A DNA stretch of 64,000 bases, from assembly GCA_963641885.1 (NCBI GenBank), contig CAVIDY010000001.1:2855-66854 (forward strand), written 5' to 3'. Below are positions 1-10,254 of this stretch, one piece after another. The position numbers were made by a program, and so were the translations under genes. The DNA is from Bacteroidaceae bacterium (GTDB lineage: Bacteria; Pseudomonadota; Alphaproteobacteria; RF32; CAG-239). The notes below the pieces were generated by a model. The model was not told where the DNA came from. It saw only the letters and a list, made by a program, of their open reading frames with translations, and did not search any database. Position 1 is the stretch's first letter. The number at the start of each line of letters is the position of its first letter.

Positions 1-66
1 GTTGTTATTGATGGTTAATTCTACGCCAGCAGGAACAACAACAGGATATTTACCAACTCTTGACAT
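1..66 (-). CDS. rplF: 50S ribosomal protein L6, N-terminal fragment (gene runs off the window edge)
   Basis: The reverse complement of 1..66 reads MSRVGKYPVVVPAGVELTINNN, an L6-type N-terminus. It lies directly downstream of rpsH, as in spc operons. Confidence 0.8.
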   Translation of the reverse strand, partial: MSRVGKYPVVVPAGVELTINNN

Positions 67-77
67 TCCATTTCTCC

Positions 78-476
78 TTAGAATACTTGGCACAAAACTT
101 CACCGCCAACGTTTGCCTTGCGGGCTTCGTTATCACTCATAACGCCCATTGGTGTAGAGATGATAGAAATACCGAGGCCGTTGTAAACTCTTGGCAGGTC
201 TTTAACGCTTGAATAAACGCGACGACCCGGTGTAGATACACGGTAAATTTCAGTAATAACTGCACTACCTTCGTAGTACTTTAATTGAATACGAAGTTCA
301 TCAATACCAGGGCGTACATTGGTCTTTTCATAACCTGCAATGTAGCCTTCTCTTTTCAAAACTTCTAACACATTTTCACGCAAGCGAGAAGCAGGTGATA
401 CAACATCACTCTTCTTAGCTCTTTGTGCGTTTTTAATGCGTGCGAGCATATCGCCCAAAGGATCACTCATAGACAT
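78..476 (-). CDS. rpsH: 30S ribosomal protein S8
   Basis: 132-aa ORF with an S8-like sequence ([18 protein letters not shown]...). Its operon position between rpsN and rplF fits. Confidence 0.97.
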   Translation of the reverse strand: MSMSDPLGDMLARIKNAQRAKKSDVVSPASRLRENVLEVLKREGYIAGYEKTNVRPGIDELRIQLKYYEGSAVITEIYRVSTPGRRVYSSVKDLPRVYNGLGISIISTPMGVMSDNEARKANVGGEVLCQVF

Positions 477-493
477 GATATCATTCTCCCTTC

Positions 494-799
494 TTACCAG
501 CTTGATTTTACTAAACCAGGAATTTTGCCAAAGCTTGCCAAATCTCTCAATTCAACACGGCTCAAGCCAAATTTTCTGTAATAACTACGTGAACGTCCTG
601 TAATTTTGCAACGATTTCTAATACGGCATCTTGCAGAATTCTTAGGAAACTTTTGCAATGCAAATTGAGCTTGCATTCTCTCTTCCGGAGAAGCGTTTTT
701 ATCCATTGCGATTGCTTTTTGTTTTTGACGGCGATTAGCATACTTCTCTGCCATCTTTACTCTTTTCAAGTTTCTATAAACTGAACTTGTTTTTGACAT
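494..799 (-). CDS. rpsN: 30S ribosomal protein S14
   Basis: 101-aa ORF with a basic S14-like C-terminus ([28 protein letters not shown]...GLVKSSW). Operon order fits. Confidence 0.95.
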   Translation of the reverse strand: MSKTSSVYRNLKRVKMAEKYANRRQKQKAIAMDKNASPEERMQAQFALQKFPKNSARCRIRNRCKITGRSRSYYRKFGLSRVELRDLASFGKIPGLVKSSW

Positions 800-813
800 A
801 GTAAAATCTCCGC

Positions 814-1353
814 TTATTTCTTGTAAGGCAGGTTGAATGAAGTCAGCAAGAATTTAGCTTCTTCATCTGTCTTAGCTGTTGTACAAATAACAACATCCAA
901 TCCTCTAACTTCGTCAACTTTTTCATAGTTGATTTCAGGGAAGATTATCTGTTCTTTAATACCGAAAGCGAAGTTTCCTCTGCCGTCAAAGTTCTTGCCG
1001 GTGATTCCGTGGAAGTCTCTGATTCGCGGCAAAGCCATGTTAATCAATCTTTCCAAGAATTCGTACATTCTGTCAGAACGCAAAGTTACTTTGCAGCCAA
1101 TCGGCATACCTTCACGCAATTTGAAGGTAGCGATTGATTTGCGGGCTTTAGTCATAACCGGCTGTTGACCAGCGATTAAAGCCAATTCTTCCATAGCGGT
1201 TGTTACTTTTTTCTTATCGGTAACAGCATCGCCGATACCCATATTCAAAACGATTTTTGTCAGCTTAGGAATCTCGTGTGGGTTCTTGTAACCGAATTTT
1301 TCCACAAGAGATTTCTTTATGACGTCGTTATATAATGTTTCAAAATTTGTCAT
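814..1353 (-). CDS. rplE: 50S ribosomal protein L5
   Basis: 179-aa ORF with L5 motifs ([17 protein letters not shown]). Operon order fits. Confidence 0.97.
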   Translation of the reverse strand: MTNFETLYNDVIKKSLVEKFGYKNPHEIPKLTKIVLNMGIGDAVTDKKKVTTAMEELALIAGQQPVMTKARKSIATFKLREGMPIGCKVTLRSDRMYEFLERLINMALPRIRDFHGITGKNFDGRGNFAFGIKEQIIFPEINYEKVDEVRGLDVVICTTAKTDEEAKFLLTSFNLPYKK

Positions 1354-1367
1354 AAAATTTTCCCCTA

Positions 1368-1676
1368 TTAATCGATTACGTCACCGGATTTACGTGCAAA
1401 ACGTACTTTTTTGCCATCAACTACTTTGTAGCCAACTTTTGTTGCTTTACCGTCTTTGGCAATGGCAACGTTAGATACGTTAATGGCAGCCTCTTTTGTC
1501 ACAATTCCGCCAGGATTGGTCTGAGAAGGTTTAGTGTGGCGTTTTACCAAATTTACGCCTTCTACAATTACCTTGTTTTCCTTAGGCATTGCTTGTTTTA
1601 CGACGCCGATTTTGCCTTTATCGTCACCCGACAAAACAATTACAGTATCGTTTTTCTTAATTTTCATTTTAGGCAT
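1368..1676 (-). CDS. rplX: 50S ribosomal protein L24
   Basis: 102-aa ORF with a KOW-like motif ([19 protein letters not shown]). Operon order fits. Confidence 0.95.
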   Translation of the reverse strand: MPKMKIKKNDTVIVLSGDDKGKIGVVKQAMPKENKVIVEGVNLVKRHTKPSQTNPGGIVTKEAAINVSNVAIAKDGKATKVGYKVVDGKKVRFARKSGDVID

Positions 1677-1677
1677 A

Positions 1678-2046
1678 CTACAATACCTCCGGTGCTAATG
1701 AAATGATTTTCATAAATTTTTTAGCGCGCAGCTCTCTGGTTACAGGGCCAAAGATACGGGTGCCGATTGGCTCGCCGTCTTTGTTAATCAAAACAGCTGC
1801 GTTGCTGTCAAAGCGGATAACACTACCGTCTTTGCGTCTGATGTCGCTGGCAGTTCTTACGATAACAGCCTTATGAACATCACCTTTTTTAACGTGCCCT
1901 TTCGGTAAAGCATCTTGTACAGCTACAACGATAACATCACCGACAGAGGCAGTCATTCTCTTGGAACCACCAAGAACCTTTATGCACTGCACCTGGCGTG
2001 CTCCAGAATTATCAGCAACATCTAGGTTGGTTTGCATTTGTATCAT
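1678..2046 (-). CDS. rplN: 50S ribosomal protein L14
   Basis: 122-aa ORF starting [17 protein letters not shown], the canonical L14 start. Confidence 0.97.
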   Translation of the reverse strand: MIQMQTNLDVADNSGARQVQCIKVLGGSKRMTASVGDVIVVAVQDALPKGHVKKGDVHKAVIVRTASDIRRKDGSVIRFDSNAAVLINKDGEPIGTRIFGPVTRELRAKKFMKIISLAPEVL

Positions 2047-2065
2047 TTTTTTATTCCTTCATTTA

Positions 2066-2302
2066 CTAGGCGTTATCAGAAATGACAGTCCAAGATTTGT
2101 TTTTAGAGATAGGGCGGCATTCTTGAATAGACACTCTATCGCCAACCTTGCACTGATTGTTTTCATCGTGAGCAGCAAACTTTTTACTTTTTTTCACGAT
2201 TTTTTTGTAAACAGGGTGCATAACTTGACGTTCTACACTAACAACAACTGTTTTATCCTGTTTATCACTTACAACAACACCTTGAAGAATTCTCTTAGGC
2301 AT
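2066..2302 (-). CDS. rpsQ: 30S ribosomal protein S17
   Basis: The ORF track runs to 2338. I place the start at the internal Met ([14 protein letters not shown]...) at 2302, which has an AGGAGA Shine-Dalgarno and does not overlap the rpmC stop at 2313. Confidence 0.93.
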   Translation of the reverse strand: MPKRILQGVVVSDKQDKTVVVSVERQVMHPVYKKIVKKSKKFAAHDENNQCKVGDRVSIQECRPISKNKSWTVISDNA

Positions 2303-2312
2303 ATTCTTTCTC

Positions 2313-2510
2313 CTAACTATTCTTCTTGCGCTCAGCAAGGAGCGTGTTGATTTTTGCTACTTCGCGGCGAACTTTCTTCATATTAGAAGTGTTTTGCAGC
2401 TGACCGGTTGATTGTTGAATTCTCAAATTGAATTGCTCTTTTTTATTGGCAACCAATTTTTCTTCCAACTGGTCATTAGTCATAGCGCGTAAATCTTTAG
2501 TTTTAACCAT
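2313..2510 (-). CDS. rpmC: 50S ribosomal protein L29
   Basis: 65-aa ORF, L29-like ([21 protein letters not shown]). Operon order fits. Confidence 0.93.
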   Translation of the reverse strand: MVKTKDLRAMTNDQLEEKLVANKKEQFNLRIQQSTGQLQNTSNMKKVRREVAKINTLLAERKKNS

Positions 2511-2944
2511 TATGCTTCTCCTTCAATGGCATCAGAGTTCAAACGTTTTACGAATTTGCTCTTTACCGGCAGTTTTGCAGCACCCAATTCAAATGCTTTG
2601 CGAGCAACTTCTTCAGGAACGCCGCCGATTTCAAACATAATACGACCAGGTTTAACTCTTGCTACCCAAAATTCGATAGCACCTTTACCTTTACCCATAC
2701 GAACTTCAGCAGGTTTATCAGATACTGGAACGTCTGGGAAAATTCTAATCCATACTCTTCCGGCTCTTTTCATTTCACGGGTAATAGCACGACGTGCAGC
2801 TTCAATCTGACGGGCTGTTACGCGTTCAGGAGTAAGAGCTTTCAATCCATATGAACCGAAACTTAATTCTGATCCACCTTTAGCCAAGCCGTGAATACGA
2901 CCTTTATGCTGTTTGTGGAACTTTAAACGTTTTGGACTTAACAT
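2510..2944 (-). CDS. rplP: 50S ribosomal protein L16
   Basis: 144-aa ORF starting [16 protein letters not shown], an L16 hallmark. Confidence 0.97.
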   Translation of the reverse strand: MLSPKRLKFHKQHKGRIHGLAKGGSELSFGSYGLKALTPERVTARQIEAARRAITREMKRAGRVWIRIFPDVPVSDKPAEVRMGKGKGAIEFWVARVKPGRIMFEIGGVPEEVARKAFELGAAKLPVKSKFVKRLNSDAIEGEA

Positions 2945-2964
2945 TTTATTCTAACCTCTTGTTA

Positions 2965-3633
2965 TTATTTTTGTTCAGCCAACTTTTTATCTTGCGCCAT
3001 TGGATCGTGGCTCATAATTTCGCCTTTATAAATCCAAACTTTTACACCGCAAGCACCATAAGTGGTATGAGCCGTAGAGGTTGCATAATCAATGTCCGCA
3101 CGAAGTGTGTGCAAAGGCACGCGACCTTCACGATAGTGTTCAGTTCTAGCGATTTCAGCACCGCCCAAACGACCGCTACAAGAAACTTTGATACCTTCTG
3201 CACCCAAACGAAGAGCAGACTGCATAACTCTTTTCATAGCTCTACGGAAAGAAACACGACGTTCCAATTGTTGAGCCACAGAGTCAGCAACCAACTTCGC
3301 ATCAAGCTCAGGTTTTCTAACTTCAACGATGTTCAATTGAACTTCAGAATCAGTCAATTTTTGAATATCTTTTCTCAAATTCTCGATATCCTGACCCTTT
3401 TTGCCAATAACAACACCTGGTCTAGCTGAGTGAATAGTAACTCTTGCTTTTTTAGCCGGACGTTCAATAACAATGCGGCTAATACCAGCTTGAGCCAATT
3501 TTTCATTCAAGAATTTTTGAATTTTCAAATCTTCGTGGAGATAGTCAGTAAACTTGTCATCAGCATACCAACGAGAGTCCCAAGTGCGGTTAACGCCCAA
3601 ACGAAGACTTGTAGGATTTACTTTCTGTCCCAT
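2965..3633 (-). CDS. rpsC: 30S ribosomal protein S3
   Basis: The S3 sequence begins [14 protein letters not shown] prefer the start at 3633 (Met 6 of the ORF) because it lies just after the rplV stop at 3638. Confidence 0.95.
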   Translation of the reverse strand: MGQKVNPTSLRLGVNRTWDSRWYADDKFTDYLHEDLKIQKFLNEKLAQAGISRIVIERPAKKARVTIHSARPGVVIGKKGQDIENLRKDIQKLTDSEVQLNIVEVRKPELDAKLVADSVAQQLERRVSFRRAMKRVMQSALRLGAEGIKVSCSGRLGGAEIARTEHYREGRVPLHTLRADIDYATSTAHTTYGACGVKVWIYKGEIMSHDPMAQDKKLAEQK

Positions 3634-3637
3634 CTGC

Positions 3638-3994
3638 TTACTCCCCACGCTCTGCTACAACAACGGTCATGCTTGAGAAAGGCTTCAAAATTCTTGCGCC
3701 TCTGCCGCGACCGCGTGCACTCATACGTTTCATTACAATACCTTTACCGACATAAGCTTCGCTTACTACGAGTTTGTCGATATTCAAATTATGATTATTT
3801 TCAGCATTGGAAATTGCAGATTGCAGCAAACCCAATGCAACTTTTGCGATTCTCTTCTTAGAAAAGCTCAGTTCAGCAACTGCTTTTTCTACACCCAAAC
3901 CACGGATAGATTGAGCAACAAGGTTCAATTTACGCGGACTTGTGCGAATAGAGCGGCAAACAGCCATAGCTTGTTTTTCATTCAATTTAGCCAT
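3638..3994 (-). CDS. rplV: 50S ribosomal protein L22
   Basis: 118-aa L22-like ORF. Operon order fits. Confidence 0.95.
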   Translation of the reverse strand: MAKLNEKQAMAVCRSIRTSPRKLNLVAQSIRGLGVEKAVAELSFSKKRIAKVALGLLQSAISNAENNHNLNIDKLVVSEAYVGKGIVMKRMSARGRGRGARILKPFSSMTVVVAERGE

Positions 3995-3996
3995 AA

Positions 3997-4278
3997 TTAA
4001 CCTCTCTTTGCAGTTGTGTCAGCTTTGGTGTGACCAAAGAATGTACGGGTCGGAGCAAATTCACCGAATTTGTGACCAACCATATCTTCAGTAACCAAAA
4101 CCGGAATAAATTTGTGACCATTGTGTACGCCGAATGTCAAACCAACAAACTGTGGCAGCATAGTAGAACGGCGAGACCAAATTTTAATCACTTCATTACG
4201 GCTAGAAGCTCTGGCAGCATCAGCTTTCTTCAGAAGATAGCCATCAACAAAAGGTCCTTTCCATACGGAACGTGTCAT
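3997..4278 (-). CDS. rpsS: 30S ribosomal protein S19
   Basis: 93-aa ORF starting [12 protein letters not shown], with [11 protein letters not shown] further in. Confidence 0.97.
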   Translation of the reverse strand: MTRSVWKGPFVDGYLLKKADAARASSRNEVIKIWSRRSTMLPQFVGLTFGVHNGHKFIPVLVTEDMVGHKFGEFAPTRTFFGHTKADTTAKRG

Positions 4279-4293
4279 TAGCTTTTCTCCTTA

Positions 4294-5127
4294 TTAGTTT
4301 TTGTTATCATGACGAGATCTCATAATAAAGCGATCTGTCTTTTTGTTAGAACGAGTTTTAGCGCCCTTAGTAGGTTTACCCCAAGGTGTAACCGGATGAC
4401 GACCACCTGAAGTTCTACCTTCACCACCACCAAGCGGGTGGTCAACTGGGTTCATAGCAACACCGCGGGAAACAGGTCTCATACCCATCCAACGTGCGCG
4501 ACCAGCTTTACTAAGTGAAACGTTCTGATTATCTGGGTTGGAAACCGCACCAACGGTAGCCAAGCATTCTTCACGAACGATTCTTAATTCGCCAGAGTTT
4601 AATTTCAGTTGAACATAACCGGCATCTTTACCAACAACTTGAGCATAGCAACCAGCAGAACGAACTAATTGTCCGCCTTTGCCAGAGCGCAGTTCAACGT
4701 TGTGTACAATAGTACCAACCGGCATATTCTTCAGAGGCATAGCATTACCCGGTTTAATATCTGCTTTTTCGGCAGAAATGATTTTATCACCGGCTTTCAA
4801 ACGTTGCGGAGCCAATATATAAGCCTTTTCGCCGTCGCTGTAATTTACCAAAGCGATAAATGCAGTACGGTTAGGATCATACTCGATTCTCTCAACAGTA
4901 GCCTCACAATCAAATTTATTACGTTTGAAGTCAATCACACGATAGCTGCGTTTATGACCGCCACCGATACGACGACTTGTAACGTGACCATAGTTATCAC
5001 GCCCACCAGTCTTATTCAGACCTTTTGTTAAACTCTTCTCAGGCTTACCCTTGTACAATTCGCTTTTATCAACGAGTACAAGTTGGCGACGACCTGCAGA
5101 AGTGGGCTTAAATGTATTCAAAGCCAT
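4294..5127 (-). CDS. rplB: 50S ribosomal protein L2
   Basis: 277-aa ORF with L2 motifs ([27 protein letters not shown]). Confidence 0.97.
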   Translation of the reverse strand: MALNTFKPTSAGRRQLVLVDKSELYKGKPEKSLTKGLNKTGGRDNYGHVTSRRIGGGHKRSYRVIDFKRNKFDCEATVERIEYDPNRTAFIALVNYSDGEKAYILAPQRLKAGDKIISAEKADIKPGNAMPLKNMPVGTIVHNVELRSGKGGQLVRSAGCYAQVVGKDAGYVQLKLNSGELRIVREECLATVGAVSNPDNQNVSLSKAGRARWMGMRPVSRGVAMNPVDHPLGGGEGRTSGGRHPVTPWGKPTKGAKTRSNKKTDRFIMRSRHDNKN

Positions 5128-5129
5128 AA

Positions 5130-5444
5130 CTAAATTCCTGTAGTAACATCAATGTTTTGACCGTCGGCAAGAGTAACGATAGCTTTTTTATAATCAGAAC
5201 GAACGCCCTGATGACCTCTAAAGCTCTTTACTTTACCGAATTGTTTAATTGTATTTACCTTATTAACTTTAACGTTAAAGATGGCTTCAACAGCAGCTTT
5301 AACATCATCTTTCGTAGCTGATAAAGGTACCATAAATACCACTTTTCCAGCTTCCGAAGAAATCATAGATTTTTCGGTAATTACCGGACGAACCAATGTA
5401 TCATACATTGCTGCAGTTACATTGTTTGATTTGCTCTTAACCAT
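5130..5444 (-). CDS. rplW: 50S ribosomal protein L23
   Basis: 104-aa L23-like ORF lying between rplD and rplB. Confidence 0.93.
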   Translation of the reverse strand: MVKSKSNNVTAAMYDTLVRPVITEKSMISSEAGKVVFMVPLSATKDDVKAAVEAIFNVKVNKVNTIKQFGKVKSFRGHQGVRSDYKKAIVTLADGQNIDVTTGI

Positions 5445-6060
5445 TTAATCTCTCCTCTAAGCAACTTACTGCATCTTTTGTCAATACCAATTTGTCCTTT
5501 TTCAAGATGTCATATACGTTGGCGCCGATTGTTGGCAGAATATCAATTCCGGCAATATTGCGGCTTGCCAAAGCAAAGTTAACATCTACTTCCTTACCAT
5601 CAATGAAGAGGCAGTTTGTCAGACCGCAAGCATTCAATTTAGCTTGTAAATCTTTTGTCTTAGGAGCTGACAGCTTTGCTTCGTCAATAACAACAAGGTT
5701 GCCTGCTTTTGCTTTTGCAGACAAAGCAGTTTTCAGACCAAGTTTTCTGAATTTTTTGGTCAAATCGAAAGAGTGGTCTCTAACAACCGGACCAAATACA
5801 ACGCCACCTTTTCTGAATTGAGCGCCCTTGCGAGAACCCTGACGAGCATTACCAGAACCTTTTTGTTTGAAAGGTTTAGCAGCTGTCAAAGCAACATCGG
5901 AACGACCTTTGGTAGCGTGGTTGCCGCTTTGTAATCTAGCCAACTGCCAGTTTACAACGCGTTGTAAAATATCAGCGCGAACTTCCAAGCCATAAATGGA
6001 GTCGTTAAGTTCAATAGAGCCGACATTTTTATTTTCTAAATTTAAGATGTCCTGTTTCAT
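5437..6060 (-). CDS. rplD: 50S ribosomal protein L4
   Basis: 207-aa L4-like ORF ([15 protein letters not shown]). It overlaps rplW by 8 nt. Confidence 0.95.
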   Translation of the reverse strand: MKQDILNLENKNVGSIELNDSIYGLEVRADILQRVVNWQLARLQSGNHATKGRSDVALTAAKPFKQKGSGNARQGSRKGAQFRKGGVVFGPVVRDHSFDLTKKFRKLGLKTALSAKAKAGNLVVIDEAKLSAPKTKDLQAKLNACGLTNCLFIDGKEVDVNFALASRNIAGIDILPTIGANVYDILKKDKLVLTKDAVSCLEERLNG

Positions 6061-6082
6061 TTTTCTTATTCCTTACACTTCA

Positions 6083-6802
6083 TTAAGCATTTTCAGCCGG
6101 AGTTTCAGCCGCTGCAACAGGTTCATCAACTTTTTTCAATCCTGCAGGCATTGGAACAGAGGCGTTAGCCGATTTTTTAACGGCGTCAGTAACTCTTACC
6201 CATGTGTTTTCAGAACCAGGAACGCCGCCTTTAACCATAATCAAGCCTTTGGCAGCATCAATAGCTACAACTTTCAAGTTTTGAACGGTAACGCGTTCAG
6301 CACCCAAGTGACCAGCCATCTTTTTACCTTTGAAAACTTTACCTGGATCTTGTCTTTGACCAGTAGAACCATGAGAACGGTGAGAAATTGATACACCGTG
6401 AGATGCTTCCAAACCAGCAAAGTTATGACGTTTCATAACACCGGCAAAACCTTTACCGATAGAAGTAGCACAAACGTCAACATACTGACCAGCAACAAAG
6501 TGTTCTACTGATAATTCATCGCCGACAGAAAGCAAGCAATCTTCAGAAACTCTGAATTCGCCCAATTTTTTCTTCGGTTCTACATTAGCCTTTGCAAAAT
6601 ATCCTTTCATAGGCTTGGTTACGTTTTTGGCTTTGATAGCGCCAGTACCAAGCTGAACTGCATTGTAGCCGTCTTTTTCGGCTGTTTTTACATTAACAAC
6701 CTGCAAGCCGTCTACGCTCAAAACAGTTACAGGAACATGAGTTCCATCTGCTTCAAAAATGCGGGACATTCCTAATTTTTTTGCGATTAGACCCGTACGC
6801 AT
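6083..6802 (-). CDS. rplC: 50S ribosomal protein L3
   Basis: 239-aa ORF starting [16 protein letters not shown], with FAG...GHLG motifs. Confidence 0.95.
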   Translation of the reverse strand: MRTGLIAKKLGMSRIFEADGTHVPVTVLSVDGLQVVNVKTAEKDGYNAVQLGTGAIKAKNVTKPMKGYFAKANVEPKKKLGEFRVSEDCLLSVGDELSVEHFVAGQYVDVCATSIGKGFAGVMKRHNFAGLEASHGVSISHRSHGSTGQRQDPGKVFKGKKMAGHLGAERVTVQNLKVVAIDAAKGLIMVKGGVPGSENTWVRVTDAVKKSANASVPMPAGLKKVDEPVAAAETPAENA

Positions 6803-6859
6803 TATTATTTTTTCCTTTTCTTAATAGGTTGACAACTTTTTAAAAGTGCCAACATTAAA

Positions 6860-7168
6860 TTACAATTTAATTTCAACATTAACACCAGCAGCCAAATCAA
6901 GCTTCATCAAAGCATCAACTGTTTGCGGTGTTGGATCAACAATATCCAGAAGTCTCTTATGAGTACGGATTTCAAACTGCTCACGAGATTTTTTATCAAC
7001 GTGCGGAGAACGGTTTACCGTAAACTTCTCGATTCTGTTCGGCAGAGGAATTGGACCTCTGACGTTAGCGCCTGTTCTTTTGGCAGTATGCACAATCTCT
7101 GCAGTAGAGAGATCAAGCAATCTATGGTCAAAAGCTTTCAAGCGGATTCTAATGTTTTGTGTATCCAT
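6860..7168 (-). CDS. rpsJ: 30S ribosomal protein S10
   Basis: S10 sequence [14 protein letters not shown]...[19 protein letters not shown] place the start at the internal Met ([10 protein letters not shown]) at 7168. Confidence 0.95.
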   Translation of the reverse strand: MDTQNIRIRLKAFDHRLLDLSTAEIVHTAKRTGANVRGPIPLPNRIEKFTVNRSPHVDKKSREQFEIRTHKRLLDIVDPTPQTVDALMKLDLAAGVNVEIKL

Positions 7169-7329
7169 TTTTATACTTTTCCTATAGCTAAACGGCAAAA
7201 ATCACCATAATGGTTATCTGCCATCTAAATTTGTTACATTTCGCAAACTCTTTCGCAACAAAGGTTTGCACTATATTTTATATTTGCTTCGCTGCGGGGC
7301 AACCCCCTCAAAACAATTGTTGTAGCGTC

Positions 7330-7358
7330 TATATACCATAATCACCCTGCCTTTGCAA
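7330..7358 (-). promoter_or_regulatory. Candidate sigma70-type promoter of the S10 operon
   Basis: On the minus strand, TTGCAA is followed by a 17-nt spacer and TATATA, about 160 nt upstream of rpsJ. This is pattern recognition only. Confidence 0.35.
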
Positions 7359-7546
7359 GCAAAAAATGCACAAATTTTAAAAAAAATGACAGAATCGCAT
7401 AATTGAGTCTATTCCAAGTCTAAAACACAGCTAATTATCTGTAAAAACCACTAAGATATCTTCAGATTATTATAAAATCAGATGAAACAGCATAAATAAA
7501 AACTTTTTGATTGCAAATTATATATTGTTAGTTTATATTATAGAAA

Positions 7547-7867
7547 ATGCAACCACTTTACAAGTTACCGGAGTTTCCAATGATAACTATGCAGAACCGA
7601 ATAATTTTTTTAAATGAACACAAAACCAGCATGCGCCTAACCTCTTCAGAATGGTATATTCTAAACCGAATTTGCATTCGCGAGAACCTAAAACGAGATC
7701 AGCTGATAAATTTAATAAACAACAGCCGCATTCCTAATTTGGGATTGACTCCGACTGTGCGGCTTTTTTCGCTTTTATATCTGCATAACCTTGCGCGGCA
7801 TGACCAAAATTATGCCTATGCACCAAACAGCGCCACTCTGCATGAAACACTGAACGAAATGTCCTGA
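7547..7867 (+). CDS. Divergent ribbon-helix-helix (RHH_4/PF13467-like) protein
   Basis: The pattern HKTSMRLTSSEWYILNRICIRENLKRDQLINLI...TVRLFSLLYL parallels the clearer paralog at 46440..46661. The start codon is uncertain. Confidence 0.5.
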   Translation: MQPLYKLPEFPMITMQNRIIFLNEHKTSMRLTSSEWYILNRICIRENLKRDQLINLINNSRIPNLGLTPTVRLFSLLYLHNLARHDQNYAYAPNSATLHETLNEMS

Positions 7868-7869
7868 GC

Positions 7870-8625
7870 CTAAACTCTTTGATATTCAAAAAACACTGGC
7901 TTACGACCCTCCCGCACAGCTTTGCGCTGATATTTGGTTTCAAACCAGTCGGCAGGTGGCAAACGCCAATCATCAGAAGATTTTGCCGTCCACACAAAAT
8001 TTTTATCTTTTGCCATAGTGTGCAACACCCAGCCTTTATAAACAGCGTGATCGGTAGCAATTTGCAATATGCCGCCTTTTTTCAATAAGCGAGCCAATTC
8101 CTGCAAATTGTCTGGATTTACAAAACGCCGTCCTTCATGTTTTTTCTTTGGCCATGGGTCAGGAAACAGCAAATAGATTTTATCAAAACAAGCATCTGGC
8201 AGTACAGAAAACAACAAGCGAGCATCATCATCAAATACCCGTATATTATCCGTTCTTCCCTGTTCCAAAGAAACTTCGCGTGCCAAATCTTCTTCATTCC
8301 CCTCTTTTACGCCGGTAATAAGAGACAGTAGATTCGCCACGCCGTTTTTATAAACTTCAACTCCCACGAACCCTGTCTCAGGCTGGCTTTTCGCAATAGC
8401 CGCCAAATGGCTGCCGTCACCGAATCCAATTTCTAACGCATAACGTTGTTTGGGAGTATCAAAACTTTTATTTAAATCAATTTTTTCGGAAACATTTAAC
8501 AAAAGCCGAGGCAAAAAGTCCTCAAGCAGAAAACTTTTTGCCTTGCGAATTGTCCGTCCTTTGCGTCTGCCAAAAAACTTTGGTTTATCGCTTTGAACAT
8601 ACGGCTGACTAGAATTTGTTTTCAT
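7870..8625 (-). CDS. trmB: tRNA (guanine46-N7)-methyltransferase
   Basis: TrmB motifs are present (EIGFGDGSHL, LLFPDPWPKKKHEGRRF). I chose the start at the internal Met MKTNSS (8625), which overlaps the upstream gene's stop by 17 nt. Confidence 0.88.
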   Translation of the reverse strand: MKTNSSQPYVQSDKPKFFGRRKGRTIRKAKSFLLEDFLPRLLLNVSEKIDLNKSFDTPKQRYALEIGFGDGSHLAAIAKSQPETGFVGVEVYKNGVANLLSLITGVKEGNEEDLAREVSLEQGRTDNIRVFDDDARLLFSVLPDACFDKIYLLFPDPWPKKKHEGRRFVNPDNLQELARLLKKGGILQIATDHAVYKGWVLHTMAKDKNFVWTAKSSDDWRLPPADWFETKYQRKAVREGRKPVFFEYQRV

Positions 8626-9124
8626 CAGCAGCGTCTTTTTCAGCCATAGCCAAATTGCTGTTAGATTTTGACAGAGCAACCATCAAAGTAAACAAGTTTC
8701 TGGCAATAGACCGATTTGGAATTTTATAATAAGCGCGAACCAACTCAAGTGTTTCTTTTCTTTTCATCGGATCATCGTCAAAAGAACGACGATCTTCTTC
8801 AAAGTAATAGTTCTTTTCACTTTGATTTTTATTCAACATACGAGGACTGTTTTTAACAACCTCTTCGTCCATATCTTCAAAGAAAAAGCCCATTGGAACT
8901 TCCAAAACTCGGCTAATATCCCATAGTCTGCTGGCTCCAACGCGGTTCATGCCTTTTTCATATTTTTGTATTTGTTGAAAAGTTAACCCAAGCATTTCAG
9001 CCATTTGTTGCTGAGTGATGTGTAAAATTGTGCGGCGCAGACGGATTCTGTTGCCAACGTGAACATCTACCGGATTTGGTTCGTTATCATTAACTCTTCC
9101 TCTAAGAGATTTAGTTTCTTTCAT
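8609..9124 (-). CDS. XRE/Cro-C1 family helix-turn-helix transcriptional regulator
   Basis: HTH_3 signature: GNRIRLRRTILHITQQQMAEMLGLTFQQIQKYEKGMNRVGASRLWDISRVLEVPMGFFFEDM. Confidence 0.85.
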   Translation of the reverse strand: MKETKSLRGRVNDNEPNPVDVHVGNRIRLRRTILHITQQQMAEMLGLTFQQIQKYEKGMNRVGASRLWDISRVLEVPMGFFFEDMDEEVVKNSPRMLNKNQSEKNYYFEEDRRSFDDDPMKRKETLELVRAYYKIPNRSIARNLFTLMVALSKSNSNLAMAEKDAADENKF

Positions 9125-9346
9125 ATTCTTTACCTCATTTAATCAAATACTCTTATAATTATATAGAATTAACAAAGCCGTTTGTCAAATATTAAATGAC
9201 AAAAAAATATCCCGCAAGCACAATAATTTATCAAATATCGTATGTTTAGAATAAATAACATAGTATATATAAAAACCTAAAATTACGCTAAATTCTGCAA
9301 CTGTTTGTTACAGCAAAATTTCCCTAAATCTACGAAACAAATTCTG

Positions 9347-9449
9347 ATATGTTAAAAATTTTGCATTTTTTTAACATATTTCGACGATATGTTAAATCAT
9401 TTAACATGTTATAAAAACGTGTTAAAAATTTTGCATTTTTTTAACATAT
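9347..9449. repeat. Array of three TGTTAA...TTAACA palindromes, with the outer two sharing an identical 29-nt core
   Basis: Site A (9347-9379) is ATATGTTAAAAA-n9-TTTTTAACATAT. Site B (9389-9407) is ATGTTAAAT-C-ATTTAACAT. Site C (9420-9446) is TGTTAAAAA-n9-TTTTTAACA. Positions 9351-9379 are identical to 9421-9449. The centres lie about 35 bp apart. Confidence 0.7.
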
Positions 9450-9497
9450 CGCAATTAAGTAAAATTTTAACAATGATTATCGTTTAATACTCTGCAA

Positions 9498-9532
9498 TAA
9501 AAAATACCGCCAAGGTATTGGCGGTATTTTTG
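9498..9532. terminator. Bidirectional rho-independent terminator downstream of the pilin-like gene
   Basis: 11-bp stem AATACCGCCAA / TTGGCGGTATT with loop GGTA, flanked by an A-run and a T-run. Confidence 0.7.
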
Positions 9533-9551
9533 CAAGCAAACTGCTGAAAAA

Positions 9552-10247
9552 TCAGTAGTATTTCCATTGAATAGAGCAGCTATTACCTTTGATGCAGCCG
9601 CAAGCCTGAGCAGCTTGAACCACAGACATCGGAACGGACAAAGTAGAACCGCCCGGAGTAGCGATAGCAGAACCACCATTAGCTGTTGTGCTGGCACCGG
9701 AAGCAGCAGAACCGGCATTACCAATCATAACCGCATCCAAAGCAGTATTCATAGCTGTTGCAGTAGAAGAAGAAGATGTACCTGCAGCACGAATAGCGAT
9801 TAAGCCTGAAGAATAACCTGAACCCCAGTCATTGGTAGCCAAAGTAATGCAAGCCTCACGAGACAAGTTGTTAAATTCAATAATGAATGCTTTACCATCG
9901 CCGGTTGTTGTGCTGTCTGATTGTTTAATAAATACACGACCGTTGAAAGCGTTGGTCAAAGTAGCTTTAGCAGAATTGCCAGTACCACTGTAAACAGTAC
10001 CTAGTTCATCAGGAATTACGCCCATAGAAACGGCAGTACCGTTGTTCAATCCGTCATATGTATTCTGTTGTGCATACAAAGTTTTTACGTTAGCGACAAT
10101 CATAGAAACGTTGTCGGCAACTTTGTTGGTCTTAAATTTGTTCATGGCTTTTGAATAGCCGGCAATACCACCAACGGACAATACACCGATAATAGCCAAT
10201 ACACCCAGCATTTCAATCATAGAACGACCAGATTCATTTACTCTCAT
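9552..10247 (-). CDS. Prepilin-type (class III signal peptide) pilin/pseudopilin-like protein, paralog 1
   Basis: The N-terminus is MRVNESG|RSMIEMLGVLAIIGVLSVGGIAGYSKAM: a short basic leader, a Gly, Glu at +5 and a hydrophobic helix. The C-terminus has Cys pairs (REACITL, ACGCIKGNSC). It has a strong Shine-Dalgarno and a terminator. Confidence 0.75.
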   Translation of the reverse strand: MRVNESGRSMIEMLGVLAIIGVLSVGGIAGYSKAMNKFKTNKVADNVSMIVANVKTLYAQQNTYDGLNNGTAVSMGVIPDELGTVYSGTGNSAKATLTNAFNGRVFIKQSDSTTTGDGKAFIIEFNNLSREACITLATNDWGSGYSSGLIAIRAAGTSSSSTATAMNTALDAVMIGNAGSAASGASTTANGGSAIATPGGSTLSVPMSVVQAAQACGCIKGNSCSIQWKYY

Positions 10248-10254
10248 TGTTTTT

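Noticed and set aside
929-7210. There are many 60-165-aa plus-strand ORFs inside the ribosomal protein operon, for example 929..1168, 1961..2350, 2932..3429, 3430..3861, 4669..5031, 5996..6391 and 6923..7210.
   Set aside because: They are antisense shadows of highly conserved minus-strand ribosomal genes. They have low-complexity, unrecognisable translations and no Shine-Dalgarno.
9351-9449. Two identical 29-nt direct repeats, separated by 41 nt, looked at first like a mini-CRISPR array.
   Set aside because: There are only two copies, each unit is itself a palindrome with a related third palindrome between them, and there are no cas genes. I interpret the region as operator sites instead.
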